Shown here piece by piece: positions 38,541 to 49,358 of a stretch of DNA of 60,920 nucleotides. The position numbers were made by a program, and so were the translations under genes. The notes below the pieces were generated by a model, which saw only the letters and a program-made list of their open reading frames with translations, ran no database searches and was not told where the DNA came from. Position 1 is the stretch's first letter; the number at the start of each line of letters is the position of its first letter. The stretch covers positions 60,064-120,983 of the forward strand of contig JBGAJQ010000008.1 of assembly GCA_044224875.1 (NCBI GenBank), given 5' to 3'. The DNA comes from Gemmatimonadaceae bacterium (lineage in GTDB: Bacteria > Gemmatimonadota > Gemmatimonadetes > Gemmatimonadales > Gemmatimonadaceae).

Positions 38541-39873
38541 GACGGATCCGCCTGGTGCCGATGGGTCCTCTCATTTGGAAGCACCCTTCTCCACGTGTGA
38601 CGGGGCCATTCTAGCCAGCCACGCACCAAATGGCTACCGCAAGCACCTCCCGAACACTGGTCGATTCACCCGCTTGCGTGAACGTCGCTCGCGGCCGCGA
38701 ATCTTACGCGGATACCAGGTTCCGTCCGTTCTGCTTCGAGCGATACAACGCGCGGTCGGCCTGCTCGATCAACGCCTCCAGAACGACGACGTCCGTCGAG
38801 ATGCTTCCCACACCAAGGCTCACGGTGATCGGGCGGTCGATCCACTGTCCCGCCTCGATCGAGGCGCGCAAGCGTTCACCCAATTGGTGTGCACCCTCTC
38901 GTTCCGTGTCGGGAAGGAGAATGGCAAACTCCTCACCACCGTATCGCGCCGCAAAGTCCGTGTCTCGCAGCGATCGCGTAATGTGGCGCGCCACCTCCCG
39001 CAGCACATCGTCGCCGCGCGGATGGCCGAACGAATCGTTGAACTGCTTGAAGTGATCGATGTCCAGCAACATGACGGACAGCGGTCGATTGGCGCGACGC
39101 GCGCGGGAGATTTCGTCGCGTGTCCGCTCTTCGAAGGCGCGGCGGTTCTTCAACCCCGTCAGGCCGTCCTGCGTCGCCAACGCCTCCAAGCGCATGTTGG
39201 CATCCATCAGTCGGTCCTGTTGCACCGTCAGCTTGCGCTGCGCTTCCTCCAACTGCCGCTCGTACTCCTTTCGCTCGGTAATGTCGCGAGCGCTCGCCTG
39301 CAGCCGGACGATCTTGCCATCGTGACTGGCAATCGACCGCCACATGGTCTCCAGCCAGATGTGGCGTCCGGACTTGTGTAGCATGCGGCAGCTGATGGCG
39401 GTCACCGGTTCACCGCGAATCAGGGCATCCAGGTGACGACGTAAGCGCTCGCTGTCCTCGGGATGGACGATCGCGAACGGAGTCATGCGTTGCAGTTCTT
39501 CTGGCACGAATCCCAGCACGCGTTCGCATGACGGGCTCACGTAGGTCACCCGGCCACTCAGGTCGTGCATCGTGACCACGTCGCTCCCGTTTTCCGCCAG
39601 GAGCCGAAACCGCACCTCGCTCTCGCGCAACGCCTCCTCGGCGCGCAGCCGTTCCAGGTGACTTTCGTGCAGCTGCACCGCATTCCAGCAGATGAGCACC
39701 ACGAACACCACCGCAACCACGATCACGAACAGCATGTTCGCCACGTCGGGTGCCATGATCGACGCGCGCTCACTCAGCAGCTTCAACCACCCGAACAAGG
39801 GCGGCACCAACAGACCCGCGGGCAGCAGACTACGCGCCAACGCACCCCCGGGGCCCTCGCTCAAGAGGACCGC
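37551..39873. repeat. Clean copy of about 2.32-kb direct duplication A (second copy 39887-42401)
   Basis: CGGAGCGGGTC (37551/39887) through TCAAGAGGACCGC (39873/42401) recur in the same order and orientation. Confidence 0.9.
38704..39873 (-). CDS. TM-PAS-GGDEF diguanylate cyclase, 5'-truncated at a junction
   Basis: PAS (YVSPSCERVLG...VHPED), DGLTGLKNRR, DIDHFKQFND, I-site RDTD and RYGGEEF. The true N-terminus is only seen in the second copy (start 43095). Confidence 0.88.
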   Translation of the reverse strand, partial: AVLLSEGPGGALARSLLPAGLLVPPLFGWLKLLSERASIMAPDVANMLFVIVVAVVFVVLICWNAVQLHESHLERLRAEEALRESEVRFRLLAENGSDVVTMHDLSGRVTYVSPSCERVLGFVPEELQRMTPFAIVHPEDSERLRRHLDALIRGEPVTAISCRMLHKSGRHIWLETMWRSIASHDGKIVRLQASARDITERKEYERQLEEAQRKLTVQQDRLMDANMRLEALATQDGLTGLKNRRAFEERTRDEISRARRANRPLSVMLLDIDHFKQFNDSFGHPRGDDVLREVARHITRSLRDTDFAARYGGEEFAILLPDTEREGAHQLGERLRASIEAGQWIDRPITVSLGVGSISTDVVVLEALIEQADRALYRSKQNGRNLVSA

Positions 39874-39886
39874 TGTTGCACCTGTT

Positions 39887-41060
39887 CGGAGCGGGTCAGC
39901 CCCGGGATCGAAAACTGGCCTTTCCACCACTCGAATGCCTCGCGGCTCGTCAAGAAGTAGACGACGCGTTGGCGACCGAATCGCGCTGCAGGCGTTCATT
40001 CGATACGAGAACTGGGCGTTTTGGCTGCGCCGGCACGCTCGTCGTGAAACCGAGGAATGTGACGTCCTGCCCATGGCGCTGCGACAAGCGACAGTGTTAG
40101 TAGGAGGGCCAACGGGTGTATAGCGCATCGTGGACAACGGTGACGTCCGCCGGTGTGCAGCTCCATCAGGCCATTCGTGCCCCGGTGACGACGTCGCAAT
40201 CTGTCGCAGGGTGGTAACGGGCGCCGAGACGCCCACCACGGCTTAAACACTTCGCGACTCGTCGACGTTGGCGTGAATGTCGCTTGAGACGTTGATGACA
40301 ATACCGCGACGTCGTCGTCGCATATGGTAGACATGGCACACGGAGGGCCCAGACCCCATGGCAGGACGTCCAACGATCAGAAAGTGCGCACCGGTTCGTG
40401 GCGACAAACCGATCACCGGATTCGACGCGCGTTCATGCCCTTGATGATGCAATCGTCATCGCGGACGAATCCAAAGAACACGAGCCGCAACACCAGTTCG
40501 GCTTCATGCAACGCGGTCACCGGTAGCGCATGGTCAACTCGACCAAACGCCTTGATGCCGCCCTCGCGATAACGCGCCAAAAACTCCTCGACCAGTCGCT
40601 TATGCCGCGCGTGCGAAGCGGGGCGCATCCTCCGTGATGGGAACCGGATTGTCTGCATGGTAGCCGTACGCCGCGCCGCTACTCACCACAATGACGTGTC
40701 CGATGTCTGCCGTCAGGCATGACTCGACCAGGTGTGCGTGCCGTCCACATCGGTTGCGTACTGATCATGAACGGACATGTCGGTGGCGGCGACACGACAC
40801 TGGCCAAGTGAACGACACAATTCACGCCATGCTCGCGGAAACGCTCGGAGAGTTCGGCCGAACGCATGTCGAGCACGTCGTACACGACGTCCCGGCCGTT
40901 GGAGGGCGACGGCACCTCGCGCACGTCGATGGCGACAATCTGTTCCACCTGACGTCGATCCTTCAGCAGTCGATCGATCACCTTGGAGCCGATATACCCC
41001 GCCGCGCCGATCACGGCCACTCGTCGCGGTCCAACACGCGCGGGCCAGCGTCAGGCATCA
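39887..41060 (-). pseudogene. Heavily garbled copy of the SDR gene
   Basis: AVIGAAGYIGSKVIDRLLKDRRQVEQIVAIDVRE and HKRLVEEFLARYR fragments with many indels. Confidence 0.85.
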
Positions 41061-41247
41061 CGGGCGATCCATGCCAAACGATGGAGTCCTTTCATTAGGA
41101 ACGTCCCTTCTCGGTGTGTGATCGGCCATTCTAGTCCGCGCCACGCACAAAATGCGCCCATCCGTGAACGACGCCTTCCCGAACACTGGTCGCGCACGAG
41201 TTTGGATCCCGCTTGACGTGAACGATCACCCGCGGCCGCAGGAACGC

Positions 41248-43095
41248 TTACGCCGATCTGCGGAGTTCCGTCCGTTCTGCTTCGAGCGATACAACGCGCG
41301 GTCCGGCCTGCTCGATCAGCGCCTCCAGAACGACGTCCGTCGCGATGCTTCCACACCAAGGCTCACGGTGATCGGGCTATCGATCCACTGTCCTGCTCGA
41401 TCAGGCGCGCAGGCGTTCGCCCAGATTGGTGTGCACCCTCTCGTTCCGTGTCGGGAAGAAGGATGGCAAACTCCTCACCACCGTATCGCGCCGCAAAGTC
41501 CGTGTCTCGCAGCGATCGCGTAATGTCGCCACCTCCCGCAGCATCGTCGCCGCGCGGATGGCCGAACGAATCGTTGAACTGCTTGAAGTGATCGATGTCC
41601 AGCAACATGACCGACAGCGGTCGATTGGCGCGACGCGCGCGCGCGATTTCGTCGCGTGTCCGCTCTTCGAAGGCGCGGCGGTTCTTGAGCCCCGTCAGGC
41701 CCGTCCTGCGTCGCCAGCGCCTCCAGCGCATGTTGGCATCCATCGAGTCGGTCCTGTTGCACCGTCAGCTTGCGCTGCGCTTCTTCCAACTGCCGCTCGT
41801 ACTCCTTTCGCTCGGTAATGTCGCGAGCGCTCGCCTGCAGCCGGACGATCTTGCCATCGTGACTGGCAATCGATCGCCACATGGTCTCCAGCCAGATGTA
41901 GCGTCGGACTTGTGTAGCATGCGGCAGCTGATGGCGGTCACCGGTTCACCGCGAATCAGGGCGTGCAGGTGACGGCAATAGCGCTCGCTGTCCTCGGGAT
42001 GGACGATCGCGAACGGAGTCATGCGTTGCAATTCTTCGCTTTGATCCCAGCACGCGTTCGCATGACCGGGCTCACGTAGGTCACCCGGCCACTCAGGTCG
42101 TGCATCGTGACCGTCGCTCCCGTTCTCCGCCAGGAGGCGAACCGCACTTCGCTCTCGCGCAACGCCTCCTCGGCGCGCAGCCGCTCCAGGTGACTTTCGT
42201 GCAGCTGCGCAGCGTTCCAGCAGATGAGCACCACGAACACCACCGCAACCACGATCACGAACAGCATGTTCGCCACGTCAGGAGCCATGATCGACGCGCT
42301 CACTCAGCAGCTTCACCACCCGAACAAGGGCGGCACCAACAGACCCGCGGGCAGCAGACTACGCGCCAACGCACCCCAGGGCCCTCGCTCAAGAGGACCG
42401 CCAGCAAGCTGCGCGGTCCTCCAACGCGAACGCCCCGACCGCCAACGCCAAAGGCGATCGCCGACGGACGAGCCATGCGGTTGAAGGCGCCGATTGATTC
42501 GAACCACCCGCTCTGGAAGATGTAGGCGGCAAAAGCAACGACGCTCGACAGCAACACCAGTCCAGCCAGCGCTTGCGCCGATCACCGCCGTGCGCGACGT
42601 ACGCCTGGACGTCGCGAGGAATGCGATGGCCATCAAGATGAAATTGACGGCCGTATTCGGCGCCATGCTTGTTCTGTCGCCCGTCAGGCGTCGCATGCAT
42701 GGCGTTACCGAAGAGCATGCGTCGACCGTAACGGTCGACAACGCCGTGGCTGCCGCCAGGCGCGCCAGCCCAATGCTGAGCACCAGCAACGCGATGGCGT
42801 GCAAACCAGCGCTCGCCCGCAGGTCGGTTCGGCCGCGACAACAGCCACAGCGCCCCTGCGCAAAGCACAAACAGCGTCGCGACCGTCGGGTTCATCGCGC
42901 CGCTGGTCGTCGACCCAACGCGCGCAGGGCCTCACTGTCGAACGTCCAGCCCGCCAGCACCAACGTTCCGATACTCGTGGCCACCGCGGCGCACCAAATC
43001 GCGATGCGCGGGTGCTCGGCCGATTTCAGCTCCTCGGAGACGGCGAGGAGCGAGAGTGGCGACGGGTTCGGGGAGATCGGTTCGGGAGCGGTCAT
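41248..43095 (-). pseudogene. Full-length but multiply frameshifted copy of the diguanylate cyclase (multi-TM sensor, PAS, GGDEF)
   Basis: Fragments MNPTVATLFVLCAGAL, MAPNTAVNFILMAIA, MAPDVANMLFV and ARYGGEEF spread across several frames. Confidence 0.85.
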
Positions 43096-43207
43096 CTGGT
43101 TACCTAAAGACGCCCCCCGCGTGACCTTGGTCACCTGAGGGAGCGATTCAGACCGCCCGTGCAACTCCGTTTAGGTCATCTAGTTGCGCAAAGGTCTGCG
43201 CGCCCGA

Positions 43208-43621
43208 CTACCCAACGACGTCCGTGTCTGTTTGCCCGGAAAGATTGCGGCTGATGTGAGACCAACTCATGCCGATCGTCAGGACGATCGCCGCCACCAC
43301 GAGTCCCAGATGGGTCAGCACGGTGCTGTTCCCGGCGTTCAGCACGTGCCGCTCGGCCAGGAACCAGATGAGGCCGGCGCAGACGGCAATCACGAGCAGC
43401 CCGCCAATCCAACCGATCGACCGCCGAGTGGCCTGAAGGAAGATCACCCATCCGACCACCAGCACGATGCCGGCAAGGAACTTCACCGCGGTAAAGCTGC
43501 TGAGCTGCCCAATCAACGGCGCGAGCGCCCAGTGATAGTAGGATGTCCCGCTCGGGTTAAACGTCGCGTACACGAGGATGATCGCAGCGACAAAGCGCAG
43601 CAGGATTCCTTTCCATGACAT
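43208..43621 (-). CDS. Membrane protein, DUF6524-like
   Basis: 137 aa, 4 TM segments, ATFNPSGTSYYHW and GMSWSHISRNLSGQTDTD. The family name is recalled, not searched. Confidence 0.7.
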   Translation of the reverse strand: MSWKGILLRFVAAIILVYATFNPSGTSYYHWALAPLIGQLSSFTAVKFLAGIVLVVGWVIFLQATRRSIGWIGGLLVIAVCAGLIWFLAERHVLNAGNSTVLTHLGLVVAAIVLTIGMSWSHISRNLSGQTDTDVVG

Positions 43622-43700
43622 GGGCGGCGGGGTCGTGGTGACGATGGGAGCGGCAGAGGGATGATCGCACGGAACCTCGCTGAACGGAAGTGCGGCGCGC

Positions 43701-45376
43701 CTATAGTGTGGCGAGGAAGCGCGGCTTCTTCCGGACGTGCGTCGCCTGCTCAAACGCGTACGCGTACCTAACGAGCTTGCCCTCCTGCCACGCGCCCCCA
43801 ATGAATGAGAGCCCGATCGGCAAGCCATGCACCCACGCCGACGGCACCGTAATGCTCGGGTATCCGGCGACGGCGGCAAGGGTGGAACTCTCGCCCGTGA
43901 AATGATCGCCATTGACAAGGTCCGTGGTCCACGCAGGGCCCCCCGTTGGGGCGACGATCGCGTCGAGACGATGCCTCGACAGCGCGGCATCGATTCCCTG
44001 TGTGCGCGTTGCCAGCAGGCACTTCGCCCGCGCAGTCGCGTAGGCCGGTGTCCGCACGCCCTTCGTCGATTCCGAGGCGACAAAGGTCTCCTGACCAAAG
44101 TACGGCATCTCGCGGTCCTCTGCTCCTCGTTGAATCGGATCAGGTCCGCCAGCGTCTTGTGCGGTGCGCTTGGGCCTAACGATGACAGATATGCATTCAC
44201 GCCAACCTTGAATTCAGCGTGCAACACCACGGATTCGGCGTCACCAAGCGCGCGCCAGCGCCTTGAACTCCACAGGATCGACCAGCGTCGCCCCGCAGAT
44301 TTGAGGGCCGCCAGCGATTCCTCGAACGCGGCGGCCACGGCCGGCGTCGGCCCAAAGAGATCTCGAGCCACGCCGATTCTGGCGCCCTTGAGGCCCGACG
44401 CATCCAGGAATCCCGTATAGTCCGACGCGATCTTGCCGCGTGACGCCGCGGTGGCCGCGTCCCGTGGATCCGCGCCGGCCAGGACGCCTAACAAAATCGC
44501 GGCATCGGTCACCGTGCGACACATCGGCCCCGCGGTGTCCTGCGACGCCGAAATCGGGATGATCCCCGCGCGGCTCACCAGCCCCACCGTCGGCTTGATG
44601 CCGACCAGACCATTGGCGTTGGATGGACACACGATCGATCCATCGGTTTCCGTGCCCACGCCCACCACGGCCAGGTTGGCGGAGATTGACGCCCCGGTAC
44701 CAGAACTCGAACCGCATGGATTTCGGTCCAGCGCGTACGGATTTCGCGTCTGGCCGCCGCGACCGCTCCAGCCACTGCTCGAATGCGACGAGCGAAAGTT
44801 CGCCCATTCACTGAGATTGGTCTTGCCGATGATCACCGCGCCCGCCTCACGCAGGCGGCCGTGCACGCCGCATCCAGCGGCGCGATGGAGTCGGCCAACG
44901 CCAGCGATCCGGCAGACGTGCGCATGCGATCCGCCGTGTCGATGTTGTCCTTGATCAGTACCGGCATTCCGTGCAGGGCCCGCGCGCACCCTTCGCTCGG
45001 CGCTCGGCGTCCAGCGCGTCGGCGATCGCCAAGGCGTCGGGATTCAGCCGATGATCGAGTTCAGGGCGACCCCGCCCGGCCGATCAATCTCCTGTATGCG
45101 CGACAGGTACAACTCGGTCAGGCGGCGCGACGTGTACTCCCGGACGCCAGCTTGCGTTGCAGCTGCCCGACGGTCACCTCGTCCAGCTCAAACTCCGGCA
45201 CCGACCGCGCGTCGTCACTTGCGATGGACGTGCGTGGTTCACGGCTGGAGTCGGACGGTCCGCTAGTGGTCCAACGAGCACCGCTCCCCGACCAACCGCT
45301 TCGGAGAAAGTCCCGGCGATGCACGTCACGAATCGGGTGGGACCGACCCGACTGCGCGTTCAGGCGTTGCTGACAT
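43701..45376 (-). pseudogene. Amidase-signature enzyme, frameshifted copy
   Basis: GKTNLSEWANFRS, GSSSGTG, GTETDGSIVCP, GIKPTVGLVSR, AAVAGYPSITVP and YAFEQAT in shifting frames. Confidence 0.85.
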
Positions 45377-45544
45377 GGCTCGTCTGTTGTTGAGGGTTGA
45401 TTTCGCGGACGCTACCGCCGAGTATCGCCCAACCACGAGAGACGACCAGTCGCCGGGTCCGGGACAACACGCCCGCGTGCGACGTTAGTCACGCCGGTAG
45501 ACGATCGATGTTCACGCGCGACAACCACCGCGCGTCCTCACCGC

Positions 45545-46480
45545 GACGCCCCTGCGCCCTGCGTGGTCCTTGGCGCGCACGGTAACGCCGGTCCAAGCGC
45601 TCGTCCGAGCCCTGCGGACGCGCGCGAACGCGTGCGCGCCGTGTCACGCCACGACGAGCCCGGGAACCGCTGAAGGCGTCGAGTGGATCGTGGCGGACCT
45701 CATGAACCCCGCCGACCAGCATCGGGTCTTCGACGGAAGCGGTGTGGTGTACCTGGCGGCTCAGCCCTCCACACGCTGGTCTGGGGAATTTCTCCCGCTG
45801 GTGGAGCGCGTCCTCGCCGGCACGCACGCCTGCGGGGCGCGGCTGGTGCACGTAGACAATGCGTACATGTACGGCCAGGTGGCGGTGAACTCACCGAGAC
45901 TCTTCCCCGCGCCCCGCCTCAGCCAAGGGGCGCGTCCGCGCGTCGCCGATCGATTGCTCAGCGCCCACGCCGCCGGTCAGACACAAGTCGCCATCGGGCG
46001 TGCGTCGGACTTCTTCGGCCCCCACGTCGGCGGATCTGTCGTGGGCGATGCCTTGTTCTCTGATGTGCTGGGCGGCCGCACGCCACGATGGCTCGGGTCC
46101 TCGACGTTCCCCACACCCTGTCGTACATAGAGGATGTCGCACGCGCGCTCGTCACGTTAGGCACCGACGAGCGGTCTTGGGGTGAGGTGGCACCTCCCCG
46201 CTGCCCCGGCCATCACGGGGGCGGGAATTTCTCCGGTTGGCCGCCTTGCGGCCAATCGGCCAGTCGCCGCCGGCGCCCACAGCCGGCTGGCGATGACCGT
46301 TGCCGGTTGGTTCTCGGCGATCGTCCGCGAAGTGTCGCGCGAGCTCTACCAATGGGAGCGACCCTGGATCCTGAACACCGACAAGTTCCAGCGCGTCTTC
46401 GGGCCGTTTGCGCCAACACCGATCGAGCTGGCGATCGCGCAGACCGTGGCGTGGTACCGCGGACGCCTGGACGATCAGGT
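45545..46480 (+). pseudogene. Frameshifted divergent copy of the NAD-dependent epimerase at 47913
   Basis: VVYLAAQP, RLVHVDNAYMYG, IGRASDFFGP and ELYQWERPW fragments with indels. Boundaries approximate. Confidence 0.8.
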
Positions 46481-46925
46481 CACGGCTAACGTGTAGTGCC
46501 GGAATCCGCGTTCGCGCATCCATCCGCGTCGCTCGTAAAGCCTGGGCCTTCCGATTCGTATCCGCCGTTTCCAGTACGAGGTACGCGGCCTTGGTGCGGC
46601 GCGCCAGAATCTCGGCGCGTTCCATCAGCGCGGATGCGACCCCGGACTGACGTGCGTCAGGTGACACGAAGAGATCGTTCAGCACCCACGCCCGCGCCAT
46701 GCTCAACGAGGAGAAAGCGATGTCAGCAGGGTACGAACAGACGTGCCATGCGAGGCGCCGCGTCCTCGATCGCTTAAGAACACCGTCGCGCTTCGCCCGT
46801 CGCCAACTCGGCTGCGAGGTATACGAACCCGGATCGTCGAGGAGCCGAGAGAACGCCTGCAGCCTTCAGCAAGCGGAACCAGGAGGTCGAGATCTCGGAC
46901 GGTGGCCTTGATGATTCGTGCGCAT
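46475..46925 (-). pseudogene. Frameshifted divergent copy of the GNAT gene at 48851
   Basis: IIKATVRDLDLLVPL and MARAWVLNDLFVSPDARQSGVASALM fragments. Confidence 0.8.
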
Positions 46926-46984
46926 TCCCGGCAGCAGAACGGCGGAGCGGGGCGCGCTGCCGGCGAACTGGGTCCACCGCCCGT

Positions 46985-47682
46985 GCACCCGTGCCCGAGC
47001 TCGAACCGCATGGGTTTCGGTCCAGCGCATAGGGGTTTCGCGTCTGGCCGCCGCGACCGCTCCAGCCACTGCTCGAGTGCGACGAGCGAAAATTGGCCCA
47101 TTCGCTCAAGTTGGTCTTGCCGATGATCACGGCACCCGCCTCACGCAGGCGGCGCGTTACCCCCGCATCCAGCGGCGCGATGGAGTCGGCGAGGGCAAGC
47201 GAACCGGCCGATGTGCGCATGCGATCGGCCGTGTCGATGTTGTCCTTGATGAGTACGGGAATTCCGTGCAAGGGACCTCGTGGGCCCTTTGCTCGGCGCT
47301 CAGCGTCCATCGCGTCGGCCGTCGCCACCGCCTCCGGGTTGAGCTCGATGATCGCGTTGAGGGCGACCGCACCTGGGCGATCGATCTCCTGTATGCGAGA
47401 CAGGTACAACTCGGTCAGGCGGCGCGACGTGTACTCCCCCGACGCCAGCTTCTGTTGCAACTGCCCGACGGTCACCTCGTCCAGCTCAAACTCCGGCACA
47501 GACCGCGCGCCGGCCACGGCTCCCTGGACAGTGCGTGGTTCACGGCTGGAGTCGGACGGCTCCAGGGCTCGGAGTGGTCCAACGAGCACCGCCCCCGCCA
47601 CACCGCTTCGGAGAAAGTCCCTGCGATTCACGTCACGAATCGGGTCGGTGGTTTCGACTGCGCGTTCAGGCGTTGCTGACAT
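46985..47682 (-). pseudogene. Clean N-terminal half of a Tat-exported amidase, cut after GSSSGTG at a junction
   Basis: NRRDFLR Tat motif, GPLHGIPVLIKDNI, GKTNLSEWANFRS and NPCGSSSGTG, followed by unrelated sequence. Confidence 0.85.
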
Positions 47683-47912
47683 GGCTCGTCTGTTGTGAGG
47701 GTTGTTCGTCGCGGACGCTACCGCCGAGTAGGGGGCGGCGCCAGCTCCCATGGCTTCAGGTCTGGGACGGACAACGTGTCGTCGGGTCCGGGACACCGGA
47801 TACGCATGGCCGGGAGCGATGCGACGTTAGTCACGCCGGTAGACGATCGATGTTCACCGCGCGCTCACTCCCAACCACCGCGCGTCCGAATCGCCGCAAC
47901 TAGCTTTCGAAC

Positions 47913-48854
47913 ATGCATGATCTTCATGTGGTCCTCGGCGCGCAGGGAAATGCCGGTCAAGCGCTCGTGCGAGCATTGGCCGCGCGCGGGGAGCATGTGC
48001 GCGCCGTCTCGCGCCGCGAAGCGGAAGAACCGCTCGAGGGCGTCGAGTGGGTGGTAGGTGACATCACCGACCCCGCCGACCGGGAGCGCCTCTTCGTCGG
48101 CAGCAAGGTGGTGTACCTGGCGGCGCAACCGCTGTACACCCGATGGTCCGAGGACTTCCTCCCATTGGTGGACCACGTGCTCGCTGGAACAGCCGTGAGT
48201 GGCGCGCGCCTCGTACACGTGGACAACGCGTACATGTACGGTCAGGTGACGGGTGAACTCACAGAGGCGCTGCCCAATCGACCGGTGTCCGCGAAGGGAC
48301 GTATCCGCGCGCAGGTCGCCGAGCGCCTGCTGCAAGCCCACGCCTCGGGCACGGCACGTGTGGCTATCGGTCGTGCCTCCGATTTCTTTGGGCCGCGTGT
48401 GGGTGGCTCGGTAGTTGGCGATGCGCTTTTTTCCGACGTGTTAGGCGGGGGCACGCCGCGTTGGTTGGGGTCGCTCGACGTGCCGCACACGCTGTCTTAC
48501 GTGGAAGATGTGGCCCGTGCACTCATAACGTTAGGCACCGACGATCGTGCCTTGGGCGAGGTGTGGCACCTGCCGGCCGCCCCTGCGGTGACGGGTCGCG
48601 AATTCCTGCGGCTCGCCTGCCTCGCGGCAAACCGGCCGATCACGGCCGGCGTCCATGGGCGACTGGCCATGACGGTCGCTGGCTGGTTCTCCGCCATCGT
48701 GCGCGAGGTGTCGCGCGAACTCTATCAGTGGGAACGGCCGTGGGTCTTGAATGCTGACAAGTTCCAGGGAACCTTCGGCCCCTTCATCCCCACCGCGATG
48801 GAGCTGGCGGTCGAGCAGACCGTCGCATGGTATCGCGGCGCCTGGGCGTCCTAG
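47913..48854 (+). CDS. NAD-dependent epimerase/dehydratase family protein
   Basis: VVLGAQGNAG, DNAYMYG, KGRIR, RASDFFGP and HTLSYVEDVARAL. Confidence 0.9.
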   Translation: MHDLHVVLGAQGNAGQALVRALAARGEHVRAVSRREAEEPLEGVEWVVGDITDPADRERLFVGSKVVYLAAQPLYTRWSEDFLPLVDHVLAGTAVSGARLVHVDNAYMYGQVTGELTEALPNRPVSAKGRIRAQVAERLLQAHASGTARVAIGRASDFFGPRVGGSVVGDALFSDVLGGGTPRWLGSLDVPHTLSYVEDVARALITLGTDDRALGEVWHLPAAPAVTGREFLRLACLAANRPITAGVHGRLAMTVAGWFSAIVREVSRELYQWERPWVLNADKFQGTFGPFIPTAMELAVEQTVAWYRGAWAS

Positions 48855-49306
48855 GATACCGCCAGCGTGTAGTGCCTGAATCCGCGCTCCCGTCGCCAGC
48901 CGCGTCGCTCATACAATGCCTGCGCCTTGCGGTTGGTGTCGGCGGTCTCCAGGACCAGGTATGCTGCATTGGTCGCACGCGCCAAACGCTCGGCACGATC
49001 CATCAATGCCGAAGCCACACCCGACTGACGCGCGTTCGGCGAGACAAACAGGTCATTCAACACCCACGCCCGCGCCATCTGCAGCGACGAGTGCGTCGGA
49101 TACAACAAGGTGAACCCGAGTGCACGACGCGCCTTCCCTTTCCCTTCGATGGCAAGGAACACGGTGGCTTCGGAACGCGACAGGCGGGCGGCCAGGTAGG
49201 AACGAACCCTCGGACGATCTGACGTGAGCCGATAGAACGCGCGGTACCCTTCAAAGAGGGGAACCAGCAGGTCGAGGTCTCGTGCCGTGGCTTTGACGAT
49301 TCGCAT
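48851..49306 (-). CDS. GNAT family N-acetyltransferase
   Basis: LFEGYRAFY, WVLNDLFVSPNARQSGVA (motif A) and LETADTNRKAQALYE. Confidence 0.92.
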   Translation of the reverse strand: MRIVKATARDLDLLVPLFEGYRAFYRLTSDRPRVRSYLAARLSRSEATVFLAIEGKGKARRALGFTLLYPTHSSLQMARAWVLNDLFVSPNARQSGVASALMDRAERLARATNAAYLVLETADTNRKAQALYERRGWRRERGFRHYTLAVS

Positions 49307-49358
49307 GCGCGCTCCAGGCGTCAGGCGGCGGTGCGGAGCGCGCCGCCGGCGAATCAAA

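Larger units (their letters stand above)
46985..49306. repeat. Clean copy of about 2.32-kb direct duplication B (other copy about 44691-46925)
   Basis: The amidase 5' half, intergenic region, epimerase and GNAT recur in the same order and orientation. Confidence 0.9.

Noticed and set aside
39874..39890. Junction linker TGTTGCACCTGTTCGG faintly resembling a nanopore adapter remnant
   Set aside because: The match is too short and degenerate to call. Noted only as compatible with the artefact hypothesis.
38704..40239. 511-aa DGC with a novel N-terminal domain
   Set aside because: The N-terminal about 120 aa are read-through into the garbled SDR copy beyond the 39873 junction.
43208..44989. 593-aa amidase-membrane protein fusion
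   Set aside because: Produced by frameshifts in the noisy segment. The amidase has its own stop at 43701 and the membrane gene its own ATG at 43621.
39874..46984. Mobile element, or diversity-generating template/variable repeats, as the cause of the duplications
   Set aside because: No transposase, integrase or reverse transcriptase is present. The differences are indels and synonymous changes, not adenine-specific.
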